A stretch of 63,187 bases of DNA, filler included, from Octopus bimaculoides (Eukaryota): assembly GCF_001194135.2 (NCBI RefSeq). It is 4 parts of 4 records of this genome, joined end to end, with 100 filler letters (N's around TTAATTAATTAA, not from the genome) between each part and the next. Parts side by side here need not be neighbours in the genome. Positions count along the whole stretch, not along the records: positions 1 to 31,299 come from NC_068996.1; 3 more parts are not named here. One strand, 5' to 3'. The notes below the pieces were generated by a model that worked only from the letters and a program-made list of their open reading frames with translations, searched no databases and was not told the origin of the DNA. The position numbers and the translations under genes are program-made. Each line of letters starts with the position of its first letter. Positions within the stretch are counted from its first letter, which is position 1. This document shows positions 1 through 12,911 of the stretch, piece after piece.

Positions 1-247
1 ATATGAAGCACGAGTCAAATAAGCAGCATGGTTCGTGTTCCTATGTCTAATTTTTCAAAATATACCGCGTATTTGCGGTTTACCTAATCGGCAGTAAATA
101 CAAAAATGCCGAAATTCCTTCAGAAAATCATCCAAAAAGAGTTTCATCATTATTAATAAATTATAGGGTAGCAAAAATATTTTAGAAATTTTATTTACCA
201 CCAGTGGTCTAGCGAGAGTAAAAAAACAGTCAATAGACTATGTATTA

Positions 248-654
248 TTCATTTAAAATGCAGAGATGCCTATAATAGGACATCTACTCGCTAGAAATAG
301 CAGCAAAAGACTATATACCACAAAAATTAGGGATAATTTCGAAAGGAAATGAAAAATAAAAACTTTTACCAATCTATATTCTGTACCATGGTTTCAAGTC
401 AATTTTAGTAAGATAAAGATTCGTGCTTCATATGTTGTCTGGTCATTTCTGCTGACGATAGTCCGAATTGTAAGATATATAATCTTTATCTTACTAAAAT
501 TGACTTGAAACCATGGTACAGAATATAGATTGGTAAAAGTTTTTATTTTTCATTTCCTTTCGAAATTATCCCTAATTTTTGTGGTATATAGTCTTTTGCT
601 GCTATTTCTAGCGAGTAGATGTCCTATTATAGGCATCTCTGCATTTTAAATGAA
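248..654. repeat. Perfect inverted repeat, 174-bp arms (248-421 and 481-654) with a 59-bp spacer
   Basis: 481-654 reads as the exact reverse complement of 248-421 (e.g. ttcatttaaaatgcagagatgcc vs ggcatctctgcattttaaatgaa; agataaagatt vs aatctttatct). Confidence 0.95.
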
Positions 655-2418
655 ATATATATATATATATATATTACAATGTTCTTTCACTGAAATGGCG
701 AATTAGTTGTAATTTCTGATATATTTGTTAATTTGTTCGCTATTAAAGCAATGGGGGTTAGCGGAGAAGAGCTTAGGAGGTATATTTTCAGTATTAGAAA
801 CTATTTTGAGAGAAATACTTCGTTCCGCTATCATATGTTCAGGAAATTTTTAACAAACTGGTCGCAGAATAAATTTCTTTTCCATTTCATTTTCATTTGT
901 TACATTTTTCCGAATTAAGCCAGATACATCACATTGCCTTCATGGTATTGATTCTTTATATTGGCAAAAGACAAATACATTTGTAAGGAAGAAATATGGT
1001 CGACTGAATCGATTCCGGTACATTATTGAAACTTATTTTATGGTTACAAGAGAGATGAAAAGCCAATTTAACAACCGGCAGCATTTTTAATTTATCGCAT
1101 AAAAATACAAAGAGTTTATACATGTTACCCGCCTTGCTAGAAAAAACAGTCAGATATCTATCAAATCACACCTATCCTTGTCTAAGGATCTGTTTGATTC
1201 GTGTAGCCCTAAGTTCACTACACGTAAAAGAAAAATGACAGGATGGTCACCTATGGAATGCCTTTAATCAATGGTCTACTTGACTAGATAAGTCTTGGAA
1301 CTAAACATCATCATTGTCATCATCATGTTAGTCGTCGTCGTTATTATCATCATGATCATTGCCATTATGACCATCGTCGTCATCGTCCTCGTCGCCCACC
1401 ACCACCACCACCACTACCACCACCACCACCACCACCACCACTACCACAACCACCACCNNNNNNNNNNNNNNNNNNNNNNNNNNNNNNNNNNNNNNNNNNN
1501 NNNNNNNNNNNNNNNNNNNNNNNNNNNNNNNNNNNNNNNNNNNNNNNNNNNNNNNNNNNNNNNNNNNNNNNNNNNNNNNNNNNNNNNNNNNNNNNNNNNN
1601 NNNNNNNNNNNNNNNNNNNNNNNNNNNNNNNNNNNNNNNNNNNNNNNNNNNNNNNNNNNNNNNNNNNNNNNNNNNNNNNNNNNNNNNNNNNNNNNNNNCT
1701 CGTCGCCCACCACCACCACCACCACTACCACCACCACCACCACCACCACCACTATCATCACGACCATGATCATCAAAACAACAATAGCAGCAGCAGCAGC
1801 AGCTACAACATCAACAACAACAATTATAATAATCAAAAGTTACAACAAAGTTAACAAATATCCGAAGATAAATTTACCCGACATTTTACTCTTTCTACCA
1901 TTTTCTGCTATTTTTGTCTTGCATGGTGCCAATCCAAAACATGAAAACTCAGCAAAAAGGTAAAAAAAAAAAAAAGAAAAAAAAAAGAAGAAAATAACAT
2001 GACAAGTATATCAAAGGAATTGAGGGAATAATTCTTTGAAAATGAAATCTAATAATAGATCGATCTTGAAATTTCGCTGTCATCACTTCGATATTTTGAC
2101 AAAATCATAACATTTCATTCATCATATTTTATGGATTGATAATTTATTGGTGGTGGTGGTGGGAAAATATCGTTATTAGTAGAAAGCTTAGATCGTCGGT
2201 AAAGAATTCTTTGCGGTATTCGCTTCACTCTTTTAAGTTCAAATCCTTCCAGAATCAGCTTTGCCTTTCACTTTTTCGGTTTCAATAAAATAAAGTACTA
2301 ATGAAATACTGGAGTTATTGGTATCCACTAGCTCCTCCCTCTAAAAGTATGTTAGTAAAAATAACAGTAACAGCAGCAGTCATTTTAGTTGTAGAAGTTT
2401 TATAGTAGTAGCAGTAGT

Positions 2419-2741
2419 GAAGGCGCGTGGCTTAGTGGTTAGGGTATTCGGCTCGCGATCATTAGGTCGTGAGTTCGATTCCTGGCAGCGCGTTGTATCC
2501 TCCAGCAAGACATTTTATCTTCACGTTGCTCCAGTCCACTCAGCTGGCAAAAATGAGTTGTACCTGTAATTCAAAGGGACAGCCTTGTCACATTGTTTGT
2601 CACACTGAATCTCCCTGAAATCGACGTTAAGTGTACGCATATCTGTGGAGTGCTCAGCCACTTGCACATGAATTTCACGAGCAGGCTGTTCCGTTGAGCG
2701 GATCACCTGGAACCCTCGTCGTTGTAACTGACGGAGTGCCA
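2419..2741 (+). mobile_element. tRNA-derived SINE, family A (full length)
   Basis: Pol III A box TGGCTTAGTGG (2428-2438) and B box GTTCGATTCC (2473-2482). The body (gtgctcagccacttgcac...acggagtgccac) recurs at least six times in the window. Confidence 0.9.
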
Positions 2742-2871
2742 CTCAGTGAGTAGTAGTAGTTGCAGGAGTAGCAACAGAAGCATCAGCCGCAGCAGCACCA
2801 GTAGTAGTAGTGAAGAGTGCAGCAACAGTAGTTGAGGATCGAATGGTTGTTGCAGTGGTAGTTATTTAACC

Positions 2872-3780
2872 AGGTGCAGGAGTGGCTGTGTGGTAAGTAG
2901 CTTGTTTACCAACCACATGGTTCCAGGTTCAGTCCCACTGCGTGGCACCTTGGGCAAGTGTCTCCTACTATAGTCTTGGGCCGACCAAAGCCTTGTGAGT
3001 GGATTTGGTAGACGGAAACTGAAAGAAGCCCGTCGTATATATATATATATATNNNNNNNNNNNNNNNNNNNNNNNNNNNNNNNNNNNNNNNNNNNNNNNN
3101 NNNNNNNNNNNNNNNNNNNNNNNNNNNNNNNNNNNNNNNNNNNNNNNNNNNNNNNNNNNNNNNNNNNNNNNNNNNNNNNNNNNNNNNNNNNNNNNNNNNN
3201 NNNNNNNNNNNNNNNNNNNNNNNNNNNNNNNNNNNNNNNNNNNNNNNNNNNNNNNNNNNNNNNNNNNNNNNNNNNNNNNNNNNNNNNNNNNNNNNNNNNN
3301 NNNNNNNNNNNNNNNNNNNNNNNNNNNNNNNNNNNNNNNNNNNNNNNNNNNNNNNNNNNNNNNNNNNNNNNNNNNNNNNNNNNNNNNNNNNNNNNNNNNN
3401 NNNNNNNNNNNNNNNNNNNNNNNNNNNNNNNNNNNNNNNNNNNNNNNNNNNNNNNNNNNNNNNNNNNNNNNNNNNNNNNNNNNNNNNNNNNNNNNNNNNN
3501 NNNNNNNNNNNNNNNNNNNNNNNNNNNNNNNNNNNNNNNNNNNNNNNNNNNNNNNNNNNNNNNNNNNNGTTTGTCCCCCACTATCGCTTGTCAACCGATG
3601 ATGGTGTGTTGACGATGTTGGTGTGTCCCCGTAACTTAGCGGTTCGGCAAAAGAGACCGATAGAATAAGTACTAGGCTTACAAAGAATAAGTCCTGGTCT
3701 CGATTTGTTCGACTAAAGGCGGTGCTCCAGCATGGCCGCAGTAAAATGACTGAAACAAATAAAAGAATAAAATAATAAAA
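2872..3780 (+). mobile_element. tRNA-derived SINE, family B, with internal microsatellite/gap
   Basis: Head ggtgcaggagtggctgtgtggtaag...ggttcagtccc, then ggatttggtagacggaaactgaaagaagcccgtcg, then (TA)n and a gap, then the tail ending gactgaaacaaataaaagaataaa. The same modules recur at 11, 25.5, 33, 35 and 55 kb. Confidence 0.9.
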
Positions 3781-3791
3781 GAAAAGTTAAT

Positions 3792-3814
3792 TAACCCTAA
3801 CCCTAACCCTAACC
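3792..3814. repeat. Short interstitial telomere-type repeat (TAACCC) x about 4
   Basis: taaccctaaccctaaccctaacc read directly. Confidence 0.85.
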
Positions 3815-4085
3815 GATTGCGTTGTGGAAGAGCGGCAAGTCAAAGAACAGACCCAACGTTTCCTCTGCGTGTCATAAAAGATCGACTAAAAGAGGTTGAG
3901 GTAGGATTTACACTTCGACCTCAGAAAAAATTTCTTCATCAGCAATGACTATCCGACTACCCAAAACAGATCCATGGTCTGGACAATTGCCGCCGGAGTG
4001 ATGTAAAGGCGTCAGCCGCCAGAAGTAGGGAATCACCTACAAATGGTGGATGCAGCGACGCGTTGTTACAGCACATGACCTCCAT
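3815..4085 (+). mobile_element. Probable 5' region of an RTE-clade LINE (degenerate)
   Basis: GC-richer island containing gtcataaaagatcgactaa (3871-3889), which resembles the GTCGTAAGAGGCGACTAA motif of RTE 5' ends. Confidence 0.4.
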
Positions 4086-4128
4086 ACTACTACTACTACT
4101 ACTACTGCTGCTGCCGCTGCTGCTGCTG

Positions 4129-4175
<47 letters not shown>

Positions 4176-4315
4176 GCTACTACTACTACCCGACCTATGA
4201 ACAAATATAACCCGACCATAAAAATACAGCCTCTTTTTTTTTCTTTATGTATCTCAAACCACATAATTTGTGNNNNNNNNNNCTACTACTACTGCTGCTG
4301 CCGCTGCTGCTGCTG

Positions 4316-4407
<92 letters not shown>

Positions 4408-4435
4408 ACTACTACTACTACTACTACTACTACTG

Positions 4436-4473
<38 letters not shown>

Positions 4474-4570
4474 GCTACTACTACTACCCGACCTATGAAC
4501 AAATATAACCCGACCATAAAAATACAGCCTCTTTTTTTTTCTTTATGTATCTCAAACCACATAATTTGTG
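4086..4570. repeat. (ACT)n/(GCT)n microsatellite plus an 84-bp unique flank present twice across a 10-N gap
   Basis: 4189-4272 is identical to 4487-4570; the repeat tract lengths differ; N at 4273-4282. Confidence 0.9.
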
Positions 4571-5278
4571 TGGCGGTGGTAATGATGACGAAAGGGGTAT
4601 CATCATTAAACCCCGAGTCAACCCTGCTTAAACAGAGCTATTAAAATTAAAAGTATTCCAACCGTGACCGTCTCGTCTGTTTACATATCAAGTTCTACCT
4701 TGTTCCAGTGTGTTTTCCATTTTTTAAAGATGGTGCTGCATGATTTGAAGGAAATGCGATCATAGCGAATCAAAAACCGAACTGGTATCAATGAGAATAA
4801 TACTCTATATGGTTGCTAAACATGCTAGAAACAGTAGCTAAAGCTCCATCAAAATACAACCTACCATTTTAGATTACATTTACCAGATTTATAAACGTTG
4901 TCTTTGACTCACTAACAACATCGAAAAGAAGAAATCGCATTTGATCAAGGTTGTAGCTACAACACAAAGAGGCGGAACAAGTGTTGCAAAATTTCCATTC
5001 TGAGGTTTTAACAATGCTGCCAATCCATTTTGGACTGGAATTTAGTTTATTTTCTCTAAAAAAATTAAATGCAAGATTAACCTTGGTGGGATTTGAACTC
5101 AAAATCACTCCAACTGGAACAAATGCTATAAGACCCTTATACTCAGCACATTAGTGATTCTGCTGCTGCAGCGGATAGTAGTAGTAGTTATTTAAGCCAG
5201 GTCAGCTTGGATTGAGCAGATCTATGATCAAAGTCATCCCAACCATGACAAACACTCTTCAAACACTGCCAAATATAT

Positions 5279-5346
<68 letters not shown>

Positions 5347-5879
5347 AACGTAGATATTACTTTGAGACATCACATAGTTGATTGCCTTATACTTTGTGTG
5401 ACAGTGGACGAGATTCTCACCTAAAAAGCCTATGGAAATTAAGTTCTAATTATCAGTTTCACTTTGTGGATTGAATAAAACTAAACAACGTGCATACTAA
5501 GTCTCTTCACTCCCCCACTCCTTATAATCATCTATCATGTTGTTAGCAATTAATTGCAAGTGTAAATCGTTTGGGCACGGCTGACTTCTTATAATATTGT
5601 AATCTCAGATGACTGCATTATCTCGTGTATACGAAATTTAACGCCAAATAAATAAATGTCGGAATTAAGCAACATTTAAATATTCGACACGGATTAAATG
5701 ACTACTTCACTCTGTTTAGGTTAATACAAGTCGTGTCAAATTCTGATGGAAGACTTCATTGAATAAACTTTACATTATTCAAACGGTTAAAACAGTCTAA
5801 ATTTTACTTACAAGAGAAGTAATTAATTCAGCTGTTTCACGACTGTTTAGATGGATAACTGATGGTAAGACATTATGAT

Positions 5880-5962
<83 letters not shown>

Positions 5963-6276
5963 AGAGGAGAGATGTACGGAATTCCCAAGCAGTTGTTTAT
6001 TTTATAACATTAAAATATGTCAATTTGTGGACACCAGCGCCATTGGCTAAAGGTCTCCAGCTGAACACTGATTAATTTTACTGTATTTCCCACGACAGAG
6101 GCAATTAGGGAGTGACTTTAACTCGGTGCAAAACCAATTTAGCAAAGGAAAATTCTAAACACATACACACGCCCCTATACAAACTCACCCCACATATAAA
6201 CATATATATACACACACACATAAATACATACATATATATACAAACACACATACACAGACACACATATATATATGTA

Positions 6277-6317
<41 letters not shown>

Positions 6318-7007
6318 NNNNNNNNNNNNNNNNNNNNNNNNNNNNNNNNNNNNNNNNNNNNNNNNNNNNNNNNNNNNNNNNNNNNNNNNNNNNNNNNNNN
6401 NNNNNNNNNNNNNNNNNNNNNNNNNNNNNNNNNNNNNNNNNNNNNNNNNNNNNNNNNNNNNNNNNNNNNNNNNNNNNNNNNNNNNNNNNNNNNNNNNNNN
6501 NNNNNNNNNNNNNNNNNNNNNNNNNNNNNNNNNNNNNNNNNNNNNNNNNNNNNNNNNNNNNNNNNNNNNNNNNNNNNNNNNNNNNNNNNNNNNNNNNNNN
6601 NNNNNNNNNNNNNNNNNNNNNNNNNNNNNNNNNNNNNNNNNNNNNNNNNNNNNNNNNNNNNNNNNNNNNNNNNNNNNNNNNNNNNNNNNNNNNNNNNNNN
6701 NNNNNNNNNNNNNNNNNNNNNNNNNNNNNNNNNNNNNNNNNNNNNNNNNNNNNNNNNNNNNNNNNNNNNNNNNNNNNNNNNNNNNNNNNNNNNNNNNNNN
6801 NNNNNNNNNNNNNNNNNNNNNNNNNNNNNNNNNNNNNNNNNNNNNNNNNNNNNNNNNNNNNNNNNNNNNNNNNNNNNNNNNNNNNNNNNNNNNNNNNNNN
6901 NNNNNNNNNNNNNNNNNNNNNNNNNNNNNNNNNNNNNNNNNNNNNNNNNNNNNNNNNNNNNNNNNNNNNNNNNNNNNNNNNNNNTATATATATGTATGTA
7001 TGTATGC

Positions 7008-7045
<38 letters not shown>

Positions 7046-7084
7046 GCGCGCGCACACACATACACACAATGAATACATTTCTAA

Positions 7085-7600
7085 AAGTTATTAACTATTC
7101 AAAATGTGGCGGTCATCCAACAATCGTTTTCAGTTCCCTATTAAATAGGTCTGGAAATGTTGATCAAAGGTAAACCCTGACAAGGTGTAAATTCTTCTCT
7201 CAGAAATCCCATTATTATTGATGCAAACGTCGGGACGATTTTCGTCACCATTGCGGTGCCTTGTATATGTAGGTAATACTAATTATCAAAGAAGTAGTAG
7301 TATTTCAGTATCAACCGCGGTCTTTCCCTCATCAACTCCTTCGGAAACCTCTTCTGAATTTTATGTCAGTGTTTGTCTTTTCAGAATTCTAGTGCTTGTA
7401 AATCTAACCCATGTGAGATATTTGTGAGGAGATTGGTTACGTGAAAGGTAACTAGGATCGTCCCTTTATCTGCTCCTTCTGGTCCATGATTTAGAAAGTT
7501 CACGTAATTTCTGATGAAACCAAGGAGCAATTTGCAATGGTTGCAATATTATGTGAAATAAATTGCTTAACTATTGGATGCTAGATGGTGGCCCAGCAAT
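7085..7600 (-). mobile_element. Penelope-like element reverse transcriptase fragment (pseudogene)
   Basis: Minus-strand translation with stops: TILVTFHVTNLLTNISHGLDLQALEF...LILKYYYFFDN*YYLHIQGTAMVTKIVPTFASIIMGFL...KRLLDDRHIL. This matches PLE RT motifs (SFDVxxLYTNIP, QxxGTAMG, WxRxLDD). Confidence 0.85.
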
Positions 7601-8459
7601 AGCTTTATGTTTGGCGTATGGGGTCCTGAATAAACAGCCATGAATACTTTTTTTATGGATTTTTGGAAATCCATAAATGTTACTTGTTTTAACAGTATCT
7701 GCCTGACAAATTCCATTCTCATCGTATTGAGGTTATTGAGGTTATTGTAAGGGACTTGCTCAAAGCTTCATACGATGGGATTAAACCAAATTCCAGCTGA
7801 TAGCAATGCAAACTTCTTAATTCTACAACCATTCCCAAACGCCAATTCATCCGTGAGAGAGGTATTTCAATAACAGATTTAGGAAACATACAAATTCAAT
7901 AAAACGCAGTCACTCAGTCGCTTAGGTTGCTGCTGCTTTTGTTGTTATTGCTGTTGTTTGCTTCTTAGTTTCCTGATTAACCCGTTCAAACAGAATTATG
8001 ATCAAATGCATTTCAACAATGACTACCAAACCTTATATTCCAATATTATGTAACTGAGATTACAGTGCTTTTTCTTCTTTTGTTTAATTGCTTTTTAAAG
8101 ATGGCTGAATTAAATATGAGGGCAAATTGTCCTCCACTGATGGCAGTTTTGTCAATCACATTGTTGTTGTCGTTACTGAGGACAAAATACTGATTTCACG
8201 AAATAGGTGATGGTCTGTATTCTGAAATTAGCCAGGAGAAGTGTTCAATCATTAGAATTGCCTTGAGAAGTGATAAAATGAAGGGTTTCAATCTCTTGCT
8301 TTCATATGAAAGTAAGAAAGAACGAGAGAGAGAATAAATGAGAAAAGAGAAAAGGAGGTAGAAAGAGAGAGGGGAAGAGACACAGGAGGGAGAGAGAAAG
8401 CGGGGGAGAGAGAGAGAGAAAGAGAAAGAAAAATTGGTGGAAGTTGTCGCTTATCACCC

Positions 8460-9040
8460 CAGGAGTACTACTACTGATCCAACAGCTGGAACCTCTACTG
8501 ATCCAACGATTAAAGAGGTTCCAGCTGGGACCGTCTCCACTTGTTTTCAGATATAATGTATCTTTAGTTATATGATTTAACGTGTCTGTTTTTTTGCTGT
8601 TGTCTAAGTTCAGTAGAGGCCTTCTCTAGCCTATTTACGATCAAAAATGCTCCAGCTGCGCTCATTCGGTTTTGTTTTCAGGTATGATATAACTAGGACA
8701 ACATTAACTAAAATACTTTTCCATGTTGTTGTTATTACTGTTTAGCCCTAGGTAAGTCATGATGTACCATATATATGATCAAAGAGGCTCCAACTGTGAC
8801 AAATTTGCTTTGTTTACAGATATAATGTATATCTATCATCACATTAATTGAAGTGACTTTCATTTTGTTGTTTAGCCTGCAGGTTATCCCCAATCTACCT
8901 GATATATTATCAATGATGCCCCAACCGTGTTTAGATATCGCGTATCTGGAGGCAAATGGTTCTAATGTGCTGTTTTTGTTATTGTAGATCAGCCTTGGGA
9001 CATCCCTGATGTAGCAGGCTTACGATCAAAGACATTGAAA
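8460..9040 (+). repeat. Head-to-tail array of about 4 degenerate 130-150-bp units of a short interspersed element
   Basis: Recurrent (t/c)gatcaaag/a..ccagctg..ttttcagatataatgta and gtttagcc..aggt motifs. Single copies occur at about 5190, 26200 and 56610. Confidence 0.55.
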
Positions 9041-9046
9041 TTGCCA

Positions 9047-9126
9047 TATTATTATTTTTGTTATTATTATTATTAGTATTATTATTATTGTTATTATTAT
9101 TATTGTTGTTGTTGTTGTTGTTGTTG

Positions 9127-9161
<35 letters not shown>

Positions 9162-9186
9162 GTTGTTGTTGTTGTTGTTGTTGTTA

Positions 9187-9230
<44 letters not shown>

Positions 9231-9261
9231 TTTGTTATTATTATTATTAGTATTATTATTA

Positions 9262-9317
<56 letters not shown>
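9047..9317. repeat. (ATT)n/(GTT)n compound microsatellite running into a gap
   Basis: Read directly. Confidence 0.95.
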
Positions 9318-9318
<1 letters not shown>

Positions 9319-10245
9319 NNNNNNNNNNNNNNNNNNNNNNNNNNNNNNNNNNNNNNNNNNNNNNNNNNNNNNNNNNNNNNNNNNNNNNNNNNNNNNNNNN
9401 NNNNNNNNNNNNNNNNNNNNNNNNNNNNNNNNNNNNNNNNNNNNNNNNNNNNNNNNNNNNNNNNNNNNNNNNNNNNNNNNNNNNNNNNNNNNNNNNNNNN
9501 NNNNNNNNNNNNNNNNNNNNNNNNNNNNNNNNNNNNNNNNNNNNNNNNNNNNNNNNNNNNNNNNNNNNNNNNNNNNNNNNNNNNNNNNNNNNNNNNNNNN
9601 NNNNNNNNNNNNNNNNNNNNNNNNNNNNNNNNNNNNNNNNNNNNNNNNNNNNNNNNNNNNNNNNNNNNNNNNNNNNNNNNNNNNNNNNNNNNNNNNNNNN
9701 NNNNNNNNNNNNNNNNNNNNNNNNNNNNNNNNNNNNNNNNNNNNNNNNNNNNNNNNNNNNNNNNNNNNNNNNNNNNNNNNNNNNNNNNNNNNNNNNNNNN
9801 NNNNNNNNNNNNNNNNNNNNNNNNNNNNNNNNNNNNNNNNNNNNNNNNNNNNNNNNNNNNNNNNNNNNNNNNNNNNNNNNNNNNNNNNNNNNNNNNNNNN
9901 NNNNNNNNNNNNNNNNNNNNNNNNNNNNNNNNNNNNNNNNNNNNNNNNNNNNNNNNNNNNNNNNNNNNNNNNNNNNNNNNNNNNNNNNNNNNNNNNNNNN
10001 NNNNNNNNNNNNNNNNNNNNNNNNNNNNNNNNNNNNNNNNNNNNNNNNNNNNNNNNNNNNNNNNNNNNNNNNNNNNNNNNNNNNNNNNNNNNNNNNNNNN
10101 NNNNNNNNNNNNNNNNNNNNNNNNNNNNNNNNNNNNNNNNNNNNNNNNNNNNNNNNNNNNNNNNNNNNNNNNNNNNNNNNNNNNNNNNNNNNNNNNNNNN
10201 NNNNNATATATATATGCTGCATTCCATAACTCTTGTATATATATA

Positions 10246-10716
10246 TTGTTGTTGGCATCCTTTTTTGTCTCGAGAGACAATGGAGTTGTGCATAAAATAA
10301 CCTAGTCCGGTTTTTACATTTCATGTCCTAATACCTCTCCTGTTGTGGCTGTTTAGTCCTATCCGGGACAAACACTCCCTCTGGCAAGTGTCGCAAATGT
10401 AGCGAAGACTTTGCCTGGCTGGTTGTAATGTCATAGTTTCTTGTTGACATCTTTTCTTGTCTTTCCATTTCTCCTTTCTCTCTCTGTCACTCCTTTGTGT
10501 TCCCTCTTCTATGGCGCGTCGCCAATCCCCACGGTTGCTGGCAACCGCTTCCCAGTTTTCTAATATTGATGTCGCAGGCCTTCATGTCCCTTTTGCAAAC
10601 ATCCTTGTATCGTAAGAACGGTCTTCCCACAGACCTAGTGCCCCTAGCAAGCTCTCCGTAGAGTATGTCCTTGGGGATTCTGCCATCTTCCATACGACTA
10701 ACATGTCCAAGCCATC
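10246..10716 (-). mobile_element. RTE-clade LINE 3' end (5'-truncated)
   Basis: Minus strand MRWLGHVSRMEDGRIPKDILYGELARGTRSVGRPFLRYKDVCKRDMK, a typical RTE C-terminus, ending ccattgtctctcgagac...atgccaacaacaa. Confidence 0.9.
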
Positions 10717-10910
10717 TCATATATAGATATATAGATACACATACATGCATATATATAAGCTATCTTGTGTCATCGAAGGGTGGGGTATATTTCCTCTGGA
10801 TCTACGTCAGGAATTCCGCACACAAACACACTCACATACACATGCACACACACACACACACGAATATATGCGTATATATCTACTTATATATTTGTTTTAT
10901 GTCTTGGTTT

Positions 10911-11385
10911 GTCCTCTATCAACACTTTACATTTTTGTTTCAGTCATTAGACTGCGAATGCTGCGGCACCACTTTAAAGAGTTTCGCCGAAAGAATCGGC
11001 CTCATTTCTTATTTTTATAAACCCCGGTACTTATTCCATTGACCACTTGATGAAATGCTAAGTTACGTGACCGTTATCACACTAACACAGATTGCCAGGC
11101 GGCCGTGGGGTGTCACAGATACAACGACTCGCATACATGCATACACACCTGCATATCTACACACTCACACACAGACACACATACACACACGCATACATAT
11201 CCACACACACACACACGCACACACATACACACGCATACGATGAGCTTCTTTCAGTTTCCGTCTGCCAAATCCATTCACAAGGCTTTGGCAGCTCGAGGCT
11301 ATAGTTGAAGGTATTTGCCCCATGGAATGAACCCAAAATCGTGTGGTTGGGAAGTACACTCTTTACCACACAGGTATGCCACCCC
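10911..11385 (-). mobile_element. SINE family B copy
   Basis: Reverse complement of the family B head and tail modules with an internal (CA)n tract. Confidence 0.8.
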
Positions 11386-12316
11386 CACACATATACATAT
11401 AAGGTTTAATGTTTCTTTTTTTATGTGAGTATATATATATATATATATATATATNNNNNNNNNNNNNNNNNNNNNNNNNNNNNNNNNNNNNNNNNNNNNN
11501 NNNNNNNNNNNNNNNNNNNNNNNNNNNNNNNNNNNNNNNNNNNNNNNNNNNNNNNNNNNNNNNNNNNNNNNNNNNNNNNNNNNNNNNNNNNNNNNNNNNN
11601 NACCTGGTAAAAAAAGTATGGAGCGCAAGTGTAATTTCAATAAAGAACAAAATAAGTAGGATTCTACATTAATGAATTTTTAAAAGAAAAAATTTGACAG
11701 TGACCTCTAAGTTTACGCTTAACAGCCGTCATTAGAATGTGGTTTAGCTTGGTTTTCATAGTATTTTTGGCAGGCTGTTGCCTTGATTGGCAGAGAAATA
11801 TTAACGAAAATTAGGTGAAGAGTAAGTGCTTTTCTATGCAGAAAGGTGAAATTGTGTTGAAACTGCAGAAAAGGAGAAAAGAATATGTCTATTGGGTGTA
11901 AGTGAAAAAGAAAAGATGGTGGAAATAGTTGTTTTTTTATTTATTTTATTTATTCTGCTTTGATGTAGGAAGATAGTTATTGTTAGAAGGAAACTTGTTG
12001 AAGGGTTCATGTGGTAGATGTGTCAAATTCACGCCACGAGTTTTGTTGGTTGAACGTTTTCGTGTGATTAATCAGCATTCTTTCTGTGTGTTTTTTTTTG
12101 TGTGTGTATGAGTGTGTATGTGTGTGCTTGTGTGCGTGTATGTGTGCGTGTGTGTATGAGGGTGTTTGTGTGTGTGTGAGTATCTAGGTTTTATTATAGC
12201 GAAGAGTTGTAGGTTGGCAATGTTCTACTTTAGCGTTCATAACGAATGTTTGTTGGTAGATAATACAGGTTTTATTTGTAACAGAACGTATGTCAAAGAC
12301 AGGTCAAAATTAGTGT

Positions 12317-12398
<82 letters not shown>

Positions 12399-12816
12399 TT
12401 ATATGTAGATATTTAAATATGTATACATATGTCTGCATATATAGATATTTCAATATATACATATATGTCTATATTTATATATGTATATATGTATACACAT
12501 ACACAGACACCCACACACATGCGCGCGTGCACACACATACGCACAAATACACACACATACATAGACATAGACATCTGCGCAACTATACATCTATTAATAT
12601 ATATTCAAATAAATGCATATTTCCATAGTAAAACGCTTTTATTAGCAGACGTACATAAACGTATATATAAATAGTCATATACGCACATACGCGCGCACAC
12701 ACACACACATATGTATATACGAATTTAGCTGTTATAAACAAGCAGCCACATAGATACACACACACATATATGTCTATATGTATATATATATATATACATA
12801 TATATGTTTATATATG

Positions 12817-12911
<95 letters not shown>

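Noticed and set aside
7505-7567. CTGATGA with plausible stems I and II (hammerhead candidate)
   Set aside because: It has GCAA instead of GAAA, stem III does not form, and it lies antisense within PLE RT coding sequence.
11700-11930. Possible PLE GIY-YIG C-terminal remnant on the minus strand
   Set aside because: Similarity is too weak to support by eye.
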